Source of the DNA: Botryllus schlosseri
Taxonomy: Eukaryota
DNA length: 64,000 bases
Assembly: GCA_051294905.1 (NCBI GenBank)
Contig: CM119372.1
Coordinates: 4,776,001 to 4,840,000, forward strand
Direction: 5' to 3'
The position numbers were made by a program, and so were the translations under genes. Of the stretch, positions 13,301 to 24,121 are shown piece by piece. Position 1 is the first letter of the stretch, and each line of letters begins with the position of its first letter. Below the pieces are notes generated by a model, which was not told the origin of the DNA, did no database searches, and worked only from the letters and a program-made list of their open reading frames with translations.

Positions 13301-16300
13301 CCTTCAGCTCCCAAAATGTCCTGATCGCTGCTCTCCGAAGGGTTGTCTATCGATCCAATATTCCTTTCATCCTCGACATTATTTATGAATGAAGTGGACT
13401 CTTCGTCCTTTGGAAAACTTGTCATATTCTCATCAATTTTTAACAAGCTCTCATTGCCCTGAGTTGACTCGATTCCTTGTCTGCCAGCTGGCAAAATATC
13501 CATATCGTCGTCTGACATGGATTCCATTAGCGACATTGGCTTATCTTCAAGTTTATGAGCTGGATCGAAAGCAGAAACTTCTCTGGCACTATATGGCTGT
13601 GTGTGATGTATATCTTGAATGTTATCAAAATCATTTTCAACCAAGTCAGTTTTATCATTAGCAGAAACTGACGTTTTTTTCAGATTCGATTCCATATTGT
13701 TGTGAACTATTTCAGAACTGGCTTGCCAACTGCCTTGTTGCTTTTTCTCACATATTTCTACCAAGTTATTATTAATCCTCTCGGGATTACACTCACCATT
13801 CTTCTTGGAAGATTCGATCACTGGATCCATAGCCAAATCATCAGTCAGGTTTATTATTTCATTCTTTCCACTCAGCTGTCCAGCATTGACATCTCCTTTT
13901 ATCTCGGGGATATTGAAGCCAGTGTTTGCCGTTTTTAATAGCGAATCATCTACTATTTCACATGCTTGGCCGCTATCATTTCCAGATGTAATATCCTCAT
14001 CCTCAGTTGCCTTTTTCTTCTTTTTCCGTGTCGGAATTACCGGTGGGGCTGCTTCTATTGAATCGGACATTTGATTTGAGGGAGAAGATTCTGAAATTTG
14101 ATGTTCCTCGTTTTCAACAGCAACCAGGTTGGTGGTGTCACTTGAATCCAGCATATTGCCATCATCAATATTGTTCCTTTTCTTTGTTCGAACTGGAATG
14201 ACTGGCGAGGATTCCTCATCTTCGTCTAAATCCTCAATCGTCGATGTAGTATCCAATGTTTCATATCGTTCGGTGGTATCAACGGCGTCATCACTAGCAT
14301 ACTCCTTGTGATCAATACTTTCGTCACTAGAACCATCTGACATGTATTCTGCAGCAAGCTCCTCTTCCACAATTGATATTGCAGTACAGATGATATCATC
14401 CACAAACCGCTCAACAAGTGCTGTGGCAACAGATCCACTGAGCAAATCTGAAGTTGAAATTTCATTTTCGAAAGCATCTGCATTTCTATTATCCAATTCT
14501 TCAAGTGAATCGGTGTCTGTGATATCTGCTGATGCATCGGATGTGATGGTTTCTTCGGTTTTCTGTGGGTATACTTCTGTAGACAAAATGGAGTCTGCAA
14601 TAAATTTACCTTCTGGTAAAAAAACATTTGAATGGTTTTCATCTGTTACAGACCCATCCTCAACATTCTCAAAAGAGACTGCTTTCTTTTCTTCTTCTAC
14701 GAATGAACTGGGCTGTTCGTTATCTGGAGCGTTTCCCGATATATTCTCTCGCGTGTCCTCTAATTTATCATTGGACATCAAAACTGGAGAAACCATGAGG
14801 TCGTCAGAGTCGATTTGAAGTCCATGAGGTTCAGAAGATGCACGTTCGATCACAGACGATTCATCTTTAACCACAGGGTTAATGCAAGTGTTTGGTCCAT
14901 CAGTCTCACTTTTGCTCAGACTCATTTGATCCACATAGTCGATACCAACCTGGCAAGACAATCCTGTGTTGTTTTCAGGATCTAATGGTAATATGTGTAC
15001 TTCGTCTTGTATTTGGATAGGACTTCCGACGCTTTGTTTAGATTCAGGCATACTTGTAGCAAAAGAACTGTCCTCATTGAGGTCAGAAGTAGCACTTGAG
15101 TTGCACATATCATCCTCCGTATGAGTTGTAATATTAGAGGTATCGTGTTTGTCTTCGTCACCAGTAAGTCGTTTACCTTCACTCAATGCACATTCACTTA
15201 CATCATTTATTGAAGTTGTTTGCATGTCATTGAATGCACTGGACTCGGTATAAGTTACAGTGGACTCACTAGGCTCTAACATTGAATGATCACTGTCAAT
15301 ACTTGCGTCACTGTTCCGTGAACAACCACTGTCTTTGTTTTCTGTATCATCATTAACTATATTTTCATCTTTACATAAATCCAAAGCACCATCTTGATTA
15401 ACAAGCAATTGCTCATTGCTGTCAGACATCATCACTGATCTAACATCTGTTGTTGCACCTGACAGTCCAATCATATGATCCCCTTCATATTGAGTGTGTT
15501 TTGATATACCCTCTTGAAACGCTAGCTCACCCACACTATCCACGCCATCAGTAGAAGTGGTAATATCATTGAAACTTTCAAGTGTGTCTTCTATTATAGT
15601 ATCACATTTTTTGGAAACATTTAACGATGAGACGTCCTGTAATAACAGATCATTGCTTTGTTCATCATGAACAACCAAATAATCCTTTGTCCCATTGTTA
15701 GCTTGTGGATTTTTGAATGGCTGAAATGATTCGACATCATGGCATGATTCGCCAGTTTCAACACCAAATATACCCTTTTCGGTATGCATCGAGTGTTCAG
15801 CGATATTACCAACTACAAATTCAAAACCGGTGTCACGTTCAAAGGTTAATATGTCTTCCCAATCTTTCTTATTGGTCTTTCCATTTAATGTATTATCTTG
15901 CAGCAGATCAACATTTTCTGTGCTTGGTTCCATTGTAACACTGCCCAGTGGCAACATCACATCTTTGTCTGGCATTGGATTGTCACTATTTTCAGGATTT
16001 GACAGTAATTCGGATGTATAAACATCATGGCTCAGTAGGTCTGGCAGTAAACTTTGCTCGCTCTTATTAAATGCATTCTCCTGATGGACAATATGTTCAT
16101 TAGATATTTCATCTTTTTCTGCAGACCCGTTATCTTCAACAACCAACAATTGGTTTTCTTGTGGCATCATCATAGATAGTTCGAGTGAGACAATCTTGTT
16201 TTTATCAGTTGGAGTTACGGGTGATGCATCATGCTGCTCCGTCAAATGACAGTCATCACCATCAGGCAATAAGGTAGTAGGTTCTTTAAAATCAACCTGT

Positions 16301-17418
16301 TTTCCATCGCACATTGCCAAATCAATTAATCCACTATGGTCTTGCTGAGGCTGATCTATAATGGGTTTTTCAGATAGTGTTAGCAATACGCCTAAACTAT
16401 CGGAAGCACTTGTAGCAATTACAGGTGATTTAGCCGATTCAGGTTCATGAGCAATGCTTGGTTGAGTGGCTGCTAAAACACGGTCATCACAATTTGCTTC
16501 AGCAGCAGTTGAACTTGCTTCACTTTGCAACAAACAACTCACGGAAGCATGATGCGGAGAGTTCTGATTGGTACTTTGCAAAGTTATATTACCTTCTACG
16601 TTGAGGGATATTAATCCAGATTGATCAAAAAAGTTTGACTGGTCTCCTGATTTTCCCACTGCACTGGTTACATTCAAAGGCGACAAATCTTGCTCTACTG
16701 TAGCTTGTACTGGTGCCGTACCACACTCGAGCAGCTCATCAACATTTTCAGCATTCCTCTCATTTGGTTTCACATATTGATCACCAACGGTTTGTCCTAT
16801 TGAAACCAAAGCATCTTCTGAAGAAATATCAGCTTTATCCATTTCAATGCTTCCACCGAGTTTGTTAGGGTCCGAGAGAACAAAACCTGTCTGGATACCC
16901 GCTGTATTTTCAATCTCATCCAAATCAAACAAGCTATTATTCTTGTTAACAACTACAGAGTCACTTATTTGAAACAAGTCACTATTTTGGAATCCAAACC
17001 CAGACAAGTCCCTGTCAGCTGTTGCCTCACAAGCACCGGCCTCCAATTGCGAAAACCCACCTGAAAGATCAACAATGGAGTTGTTTGCTTTAGTCTGGAT
17101 TGATTCGCTTGTATCGAAGATGCCCAACACGTCATCGGTATTTGCGGAAGTGTTAGATAGCATCAGCGAATGTACATTTCGGTCCACATCAAAACCTGAT
17201 TGAGACGCAGAGTTGCTAGCTGCATTCCCAACATCAAAATCCAGCAAGCTACCACCTGGTACATTTTGTAATGCTAGACTGTTGCCAGCTATGTTGCTGT
17301 CAGCATTGTCAAATTCCAATAAAGACTGATCAACTGCATTCGACTCGCTGGCATTGTGTCCATTTTCTGTCTGTGGTACATCATTCCCGAATATATCCAA
17401 TATATCATTTGCAGACAT
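1386..17418 (-). CDS. Giant acidic protein with C-terminal BNIP-2/BCH (CRAL-TRIO-like) domain; BNIP2/BNIPL/ATCAY/PRUNE2(BMCC1) C-terminal family; ~3,731 aa
   Basis: Exons (minus): 17418-7244, 7184-7105, 5927-5724, 4534-4448, 4392-4150, 2855-2756, 2681-2478, 1488-1386. All are GT-AG with consistent phases. The C-terminal exons give KRKSLVPPSSLVLSV, WETVTIKNIEYRIDEALVQPYKRVIAHGG|FYDEK...YDWIMDNIFL|YVLATVELL...IDYRLKKNVEAFYILNSSFYFRT|...KMKYVKNMAELK...VPPEIAK*. This parallels BNIP2 (VDMKAIEPYKKVISHGG, YLMDNLF, YVIGTLELL, LRKNLK). The start ATG at 17418 is inferred; an in-frame TGA lies at 17445-17443. Confidence 0.88.
4649..5109. mobile_element. hAT-like MITE with ~70-bp imperfect TIRs
   Basis: tagagtggagtg...cactccacccta; TSD ttggccat at 4641-4648 and 5110-5117. 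Confidence 0.85.
6209..6242 (-). ncRNA. Minimal type-I hammerhead ribozyme motif, sense to the host BCH-gene pre-mRNA
   Basis: The reverse complement reads acccCTGACGAgtgtcagccGAAAataTTCgggt. Variant copies lie at 6060-6093 and 6358-6391. Confidence 0.72.
6452..6485 (+). ncRNA. Minimal type-I hammerhead ribozyme motif
   Basis: Stem I accc/gggt; CUGACGA box; 1-bp stem II (G..C); GAAA box; palindromic ATAT stem III; UUC cleavage triplet. Confidence 0.72.
7244..17418 (-). CDS. Single 10,175-nt coding exon; D/E/S-rich, predicted intrinsically disordered
   Basis: Uninterrupted ORF 7240..17424. It ends at the donor TAT AT|GTAAGA (phase 2), which joins the 7184 acceptor in frame across a 59-bp intron. 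Confidence 0.9.
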
Positions 17419-17960
17419 TGTCAAAATTGAAACACATACTTCTCATAGCATATAGAAGAAGATAACAGAAAATATAGTCCTTGAGCTCACGCAATCTTGT
17501 AACTATACATTTAATAAAGGCCCTTGTTGCTGGGAATCACTTTCACCACATCTGTCACGTACCCAACACCAAAAAGTACGCTGCTCCTGGTCAATCATTA
17601 ACTTCAATCAATACGGAGCCCCGAGTCCCTTTTTGCATGTATGTTTACCTTACTGTCATATATTTGTTGGAAACAAGAATTGGCCTTGAAACAAACTATT
17701 CCGTGCCGGCCACGCAAACAGCAAACATTGAATGCAACATTCCAATGCGACTTATCAATAACATCAACAGCAAATATACAATTATGCCCTCGGCTTTGCG
17801 GCAAGGGTTGGCATCAAAGGCTAATAGATTATATTGATAGAGTCAAGTAAGGGGTACGGTGAAATGAATAGCTTAATTTTGTACCTATGCATGAATTGAT
17901 GTCTTCCTAAATGTAAGCAAAATTCACATTCCTGATTTGAAGAAGCTGTGGGGAATATCT

Positions 17961-20900
17961 TCAACTAATAGATGATTGTACGATTGGCAGCAGTTGTTTT
18001 CTTGATGCCTTGACATTGTGCATTCTGCAATATATGAAGTTTTGTGGTATTGTATTTGTGCAACATCAGGTAAATATAGGTATAAACTGAGCTACCGACA
18101 ATACAGGGGTCAGTGTGTACAATATATAATATTGGTTGTAAACAGGGTAAAAAGAATCATAACTTACACGCCTGAGTTGGGAACATGGCATGGTGTTGTA
18201 GCTGCAACACACTCATGTAATAATCTATTTAACTTCAAGTTTCAGAGCATATGAAAAAATCTACCTGAAATATGTGAACTTTTCTCCATCATCGGATACT
18301 TCCACTTCTAAATTTAAAATGGGATTTTGTGCTTTCTTCAAGGCATTCTCCACCTGCAGAGCAAGACATTGTGATGATATCAAGAAGCGCAGTTGGAAAG
18401 GTTGGAAAAGTTGGAGCTGAGCACAATGATTCGAGTACTCGAATGCGAGTCGAGTGTCGAGCGATTTACCAGTAGTAACCAAGAGTACTTGTCAATGAGC
18501 AAGTATTTTCTTCCACAATGGTAGCCTTGAAATTTCGATTGGTCGTATCACAGCATTCAAAATATTTAATACTATACTATCATCAACCCGCAGCATGGGC
18601 ACAAAGCGCAATTAAATAATCATGGTCAGATAGTTCCAAATTATTGTTCGTGACTTGCAGCTGGCATAGTGGCATTATTTTCTTGTGGTGGTAAAAATTG
18701 ACATATTTGAACTTCTGAATCATTATTGTAGGACATTTAGGTCAGTTGCAAATGATATCCAGCACACAGTGCTGATTCAATGGCCACTTTCGCATAACTC
18801 ACATACCTCATTCATATACATTATATGGTGGTATAATATATCTTGTATAAGACATTTGCTAAGTAATTAGTTGATAGAATGATCGTATGTTGACAAATAT
18901 ATTTCAGCAACATATTACCTCATGTTTCAGTTCAGGTTGCTCCGCGTAGAGCAAAACAGGTTTGTAACTATTACCGGACAAACCACTCTCAACGGGATAC
19001 AATGCCACCAACAAATTTGCGTTTTCTGCCTTGACCAAGTCCGATAGACTTTGCTTTGCGAGTTTGTCTTCGAAAACCCTGTTTATCCCGGCGTGAATTG
19101 TACTGAAAATGACCTTCACCGATTTGTTTGGGTTGTGAATTGTCTTTTGGTCCTGAAAAAAGGATTTGGTAGACAAAGCATGACAGTTGTTATTTTAATA
19201 TAGCCTATGGTTTTCACTTTTCAGTGATTTGATCAACCAGAAGATCCCAGGTTTTTTACAAATTTAACCTCCACACTGAGTGTGAAAACAAAATTGAGAA
19301 CGTTTTTGGTAACTACTGTATGATATCTACCTTTAACAAGAGATCTTTCACTGTGAGCCCGTCCACACAATACTTTGCATCACACAGTTGTTTAAACAAG
19401 CTGAAAATTGTTGGTGTCAGTAGAGTTCCTCAATTTTAGAGCTACAGAAGATTATGTCACCTGGAGATCTCTTGCTTATCCTCATCCTTCCATAATCTCT
19501 TAATTATCTCTCTATCGCGCACTGTTACCTTACCAGCAGATTCGGACAAGTTAACAGTGTCTAACAGAATAGGACCTGAATCAGAGAGACTTGAGTAAAA
19601 TCAATTGAATCATTTTTCCAAGTTCGCAAGAATTAAAACGTGAATATTTACCAGATACGAGTAGCGTTAGTTCTCTCATGTCGGAGTCGGCGAGAATTAT
19701 TCTTCCAGAATCAATGCCGCGTAATATCTTCTCTGCTATTAATGTCATGCATGATCCCACAGGAGCAATTTCAACCTCAACTTTGTCATCGAATGTTTGC
19801 GACTGTGGCCTGTGATCAATAATCTCCTTGACGTAGGGAGATAGGAATTCATCCGACCTGTGAAATAAAAGAGAAGCTAGGAGTGAGTTGCCATTCTGTC
19901 TCCAAATCAGGACTCTTTAAGAAAGGAAGTCGTCGCCCAAACTGTATTTTGAAACTTTTCATCAATATTTCGAAATCAGGGTTATTGAGTCCAAATACGA
20001 CTTGAGCAGGGTCATAACGATTCAAGTCATGACTAGAGTCGAGTCGCGATTTTTTGGTGACTAGACTAGACTCGAATAATTTTCTTAAATAGGGAAAATG
20101 ACTTGACTCGACTAGGGTCATCTTGTCTTGAGAGTAGGACGGCCTACGGGGAAGAGATCTAGTTGCAAAGCATTGGGATTCTTACCTAACCAAATCCAGT
20201 TTTGTTATATTCGATTTAAAGAATTCCAAACGGATCCACTACAGAAATCATATACTGCGCCCTAAAATGCATCTGTGCACAGCACTACAATGACAATATG
20301 TTTACTGCCAGTGCGCGACTGCGCGTGGCAGATCTTTGTTTCATTTAAAAGTGTTGAAGTCTACTATTATTCAGTTGCACAAGCCTATTTAATGCAGACA
20401 AAAAGATTTTCTCTATAACTTACAAATTTCTCATTAGTGCATGTTGTTTCGTGTGTGTAACTGTTTATTTACAAATTGCGCTGCTACTATAGTACTGTAT
20501 GTCCGTATACTTCAAAGTTGTTATTGTTGCCATTGTTACAATGCGAATTTCATGGTCAGTGATTTTTATTGTTGCATCATACATTGCCTTTTTGGTTTTG
20601 CTTTTAAATTTGTTTAAATCCCTTCAATGCGTCGTTAACTCTTGAAAAGAGGCACCCGAAAAGTCTTCGAGTTCAGTAAATAATATATATTCTTTTACAA
20701 TGGATGTTGCATTGAAAGCTTTATTCCAGTTCTGTACCACGAAGCAGCTATTCAAGACAAGCATTTCATTGTAACTTCGATGAATAGTAAAGTTACCTCA
20801 TTATTGGTGTTCCGTCCGTTATTACTAACAGGTACGTGTAAAATATGGCCAGAAACTCTGTTAAGAGTGAGGAAAATTAGCGCATTCTGGATGTTAGCCA

Positions 20901-23840
20901 TTCTATATCGAGCAGAGTTGTAAAAATGCTATTGAACATGATTTCAACTTCAAAATGAACGGTGAACACAACAATTTGGACTTGGACTCAAGTCACAACA
21001 CTACGACTCGACCCTATGCACCAAGACTTGGACTCGAACTTGACACTGTGGCGAATTGAAAATGACTCGGTCGTGACTCGAGTCGAAACTATAAAAGTAA
21101 GATTGACTTGTGACTTGGTTGCATGTAGCTGTAGCATGGTCACATCTTGCAAAATATGTGATAAAGATTGAAAAGCACGAAGACAGGGGTGGCCAACCTT
21201 TTCGGCTAAAGGGCCACTTGAATATTGATGTCCGTTTTTAGTGGTCCGATAGGAGCGAGAATCGGATTAGGTAACGGTAAAAATAGGACTCATATTACTA
21301 CGTATCAAAATCCATAACAATTATGCCATGAAAACTATGTGTACATGTGCTAGACCACGGGTTGGACACCCCTGCACTAAGGTATATGACAGTACCTTTG
21401 AAGGACGTGGTGATCAACGAGAGTGACATGTGCATCCAGTGCATGTGTTCCAAAGAATTTCTCGAAACTCAAGGTATCACGAAATATCAAATCCTTCTTG
21501 CCAACGCCACATCTCTGCAACACATAGACTGTTTCTGTCTTCAGTCTAAACATATCCTCCTCAACGTTGAGAACCGGAACGTGGCATGTGTGGTCATTTT
21601 TGGGGCGTGTCTGTAAAAGAGTAATGTATTAAATCATTCGGGTTGCCGTATGAGTTACATGCTGCGTAGGGTTGTTCAAAAATAACTTAATTTTAGCTCA
21701 TTTTGGCTAAAAAAAACGTTGCACACCAAATTTGGCTCAATTCCAAACAGTAGAAGTGAAGTTATTGGAGTAACAAATTTTGGATTTGAAAAAAATAGTA
21801 TTTACAGTACCAACCATGAATACTATTATTTCAAACCCAAAATTGTACAAAATAAAAACTTAGTTTCTAGCCTATTCGTTGGAATTGAGCCAAATTTGTT
21901 ATGCATCGTTTTTTTCATACGACTTGATAATTTTATGGGGTTGCCAGTAAATCTTCAATAGCTTCTGTTTAACGGGTTGGAATTGAGCCAAATTTAGTGG
22001 GCAATGTTTTTAGCGAACCTAACAATTTCATCGAATAGCCTGTAAAATTTGAAGAAAGAATTTACTTTTGAACAACCCTAATGCGACTGAGATAGCCTAC
22101 AAAACGACCTACCTCTGAACAAAACCAGGCGTATAGTAGCGCAGACAGAGCAGAGTCTTGATCGCATGACTCGTTTCCGAATATAAAATTGTATCTCTCG
22201 TTCCGTGGATTAGCGTCGTTTTCTTTGAACTATAGATTATTTGCACTTCAGTAACAAATATAGGTATATTCATTTTTTCAAGGCCCATTCATAGTCGCTC
22301 CGCCCCGAAGACACTTTTATCCGTTACCTCAGATATGAGATCCTTTCTCTCGGAAGTGTGGAGGGTATATCCGTGATCCTAAACCTAATCCTGGGAAGAA
22401 TTTGCTAGCGATATACCCTTCTCCCTTCACCTGGGTCTAGTGAAACACTGTCGACTGATGACTAACATGACTTGATATGGTGCATGTCTCAAAGAAGTGC
22501 CGTTATTTTAGGTAATCGAAATGTCGATGTTGGATTGCGAGAAAATGGTAGTATCATTCATAAGTCGAAGATGATATATCCAAAGATATAATTGAACAAG
22601 CCATTTGGGGTACAGAACTTCAGAATAAAGCGAAACAATAGGCTAACTTCATATTGTTAATATATAGAGAGAGAGAGATATGATATTCTTTCTCGCCTGC
22701 ACCATCGAGATGCTTTGGCGACGGAGTTGCGATACGGCCCCATGAGGTCATCTAGTCTGCGCCCCCGTTTTTTTTTTCTCCTCCATGCTATCCGTGATTG
22801 CTGAGCGCCTAGCAGGATAGCTGCGGATACCATTTTTCGAGTCTTTGGTATGACCCGGCCGGGGATCGAACCCACGACCTACCGCTCGAGAAGCCGGACG
22901 CATAACCATTACACTATCTCGCTCGGTGTTAATATATTCGCTAAAAGCTGCGACAGCCGATTCTCTGTCGCCAGAAGGAGCGCCTCTACACTCTTAGAAT
23001 ATTTTATTAATGTTTTGTGTCGTTGTCTCCGGTTATTTATAACCAAATATGTACTCGTTAACGTTTGTTTTATATCGCAACTACCGTATCTTGCCTGTCT
23101 ACTAGTTGTTTGTTTTTGTTATTATTACGTCATACTACTGACGTTCGCTACTGATGAGAGTCAGTCGAAAAGCTTTCAACGAATAAATTAACAATATGAA
23201 GTTATTGTTTCGCGTTGAAGATATATTTGCTAAATAATTCTTTTGTTCAGAAATACGCCTAATGGTGTGAAACTGTGCATTGATCAGACGAGATATTAAT
23301 ACCACTGGATTAAAGAAATTTTCAGTAATGGCGAATATTGTTGAAAGTAAGGCTTGCCTCCTTGCACTACCCACTCAAGTAGATGTTTCAGTCTACTTTA
23401 AATTCCACTTGATGGTTTTGAAGTAAAATACTTTATATAAATTTTATTTCGTAAAGGAGTAAGTAGTTCTGCATCAATTTTACTGGTGAAATCGTCATAA
23501 CGACTGGGCGCAATAGGCCTTGTATCTTGGTATCTGAATATTTTTAGAAAAGTGCACCTAGTGTTATTATAGTAATTTAATGTATTGTTACTTACGAAGA
23601 AACTACTTGTAATTGAGTAGGAATTTACACATTACTTTTACTTTAACCGCGTCTGGACTTTCATATGACCAAGAACTCTTGCTAATTTGAAATGTAAAAC
23701 AGTTTTTGCTGGTCATCCACGAATCACGATTAGATTATACCCATGTTCTGAGCTCAGTGAATTATTTTAAAAGAAGGAATAAATATATTTACCTTATTCA
23801 CTAGTTCCGTGCGCTTTCCCCTTAAGAATCTCGAAAGCAT
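17961..23840 (-). CDS. prune: Prune exopolyphosphatase / DHH-DHHA2 phosphoesterase (PRUNE1-like), 9 coding exons, ~385 aa
   Basis: Exons (minus): 23840-23793, 22229-22113, 21610-21396, 19857-19652, 19575-19461, 19400-19331, 19152-18919, 18353-18265, 18024-17961. All are GT-AG with matching phases; total 1158 nt. Translation: MLSRFLRGKRTELVNK|FKEND...FIFGNESCDQDSALSALLYAW|...HVPVLNV...LIFRD...VTLVDHHVLQ|...EIIDHRP...VGSCMTLIAEKIL|GPILLDTVNL|...AKYCVDGLTVKDLLLK|DQK...|...KASRKQLLPIVQSSIS*. These match the Prune motifs GNEXCDXDS, DHH, DHR, VGSC, LLD and SRK. Confidence 0.93.
20637..20673 (+). ncRNA. Third-family minimal hammerhead motif, U3-A8 core variant
   Basis: aactc-TTGAAAA-gaggcaccc-GAAA-agtc-TTC-gagtt. 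Perfect 5-bp stem I and a compensatory C3G8->U3A8 change. Confidence 0.5.
21667..22080. mobile_element. MITE (TAGGGTTGTTCAAAA TIR)
   Basis: 15-bp TIR. Related sequences at ~5255-5657 (with a ~138-bp internal duplication) and ~24755-25147. Confidence 0.7.
22667..22922 (-). mobile_element. tRNA-derived SINE with a Meta-SINE-like central domain and (TC)n tail
   Basis: Minus strand: A box TAGTGTAATGG, B box GGTTCGATCCC, then GGGTCATACCAAAGACTCGAAAAATGGTATCCGCAGC...GCTCAGCA. Near-identical copy at 49222-49481. Confidence 0.85.
23144..23183 (+). ncRNA. Second-family minimal hammerhead motif with partly decayed stem I
   Basis: ttcgcta-CTGATGA-gagtcagtc-GAAA-agc-TTT-caacgaa. Palindromic AGCT stem III, 2-bp stem II, 5/7 pairs in stem I. 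Preceded by a T-rich tract. Confidence 0.55.
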
Positions 23841-24080
23841 TTTACCAGGAAGTTGCGAAAAAACGGCGTACGCTCAACGGCGGACCGCGGAACCGGCGAT
23901 ATTGTTTTCGCGATTAGCGTTTTTGCATCACGAATTTTGCACCAATTTTGCACATTTGCCATTGTCCATCCCTAATAACGCCCCTCATCCCTCGTTTCGC
24001 CTGAATGAGCACACTCCCACACGGAACTTTGTCTCGATCGCTCGTCGTTTATACAGTTCAGGGGTCTGGTTAGAACCAAG

Positions 24081-24121
24081 TATAGATAACTAACCTAACT
24101 AACGTAGGTTAGTTATCTATA
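24081..24121. mobile_element. 41-bp mini-MITE (17-bp TIR, 7-bp TSD), P-element-like
   Basis: tatagataactaaccta-actaacg-taggttagttatctata, flanked by aaccaag at 24074-24080 and 24122-24128. Confidence 0.75.

Noticed and set aside
7169..17465. Many plus-strand Ser-rich ORFs
   Set aside because: Antisense shadows of the giant acidic exon.
17424..18265. In-frame splice fusing Prune to the giant exon
   Set aside because: No phase-compatible strong donor/acceptor pair was found. It is not excluded without transcript data.
22850..22922. tRNA gene
   Set aside because: No acceptor stem or terminator; it continues into a SINE body and tail.
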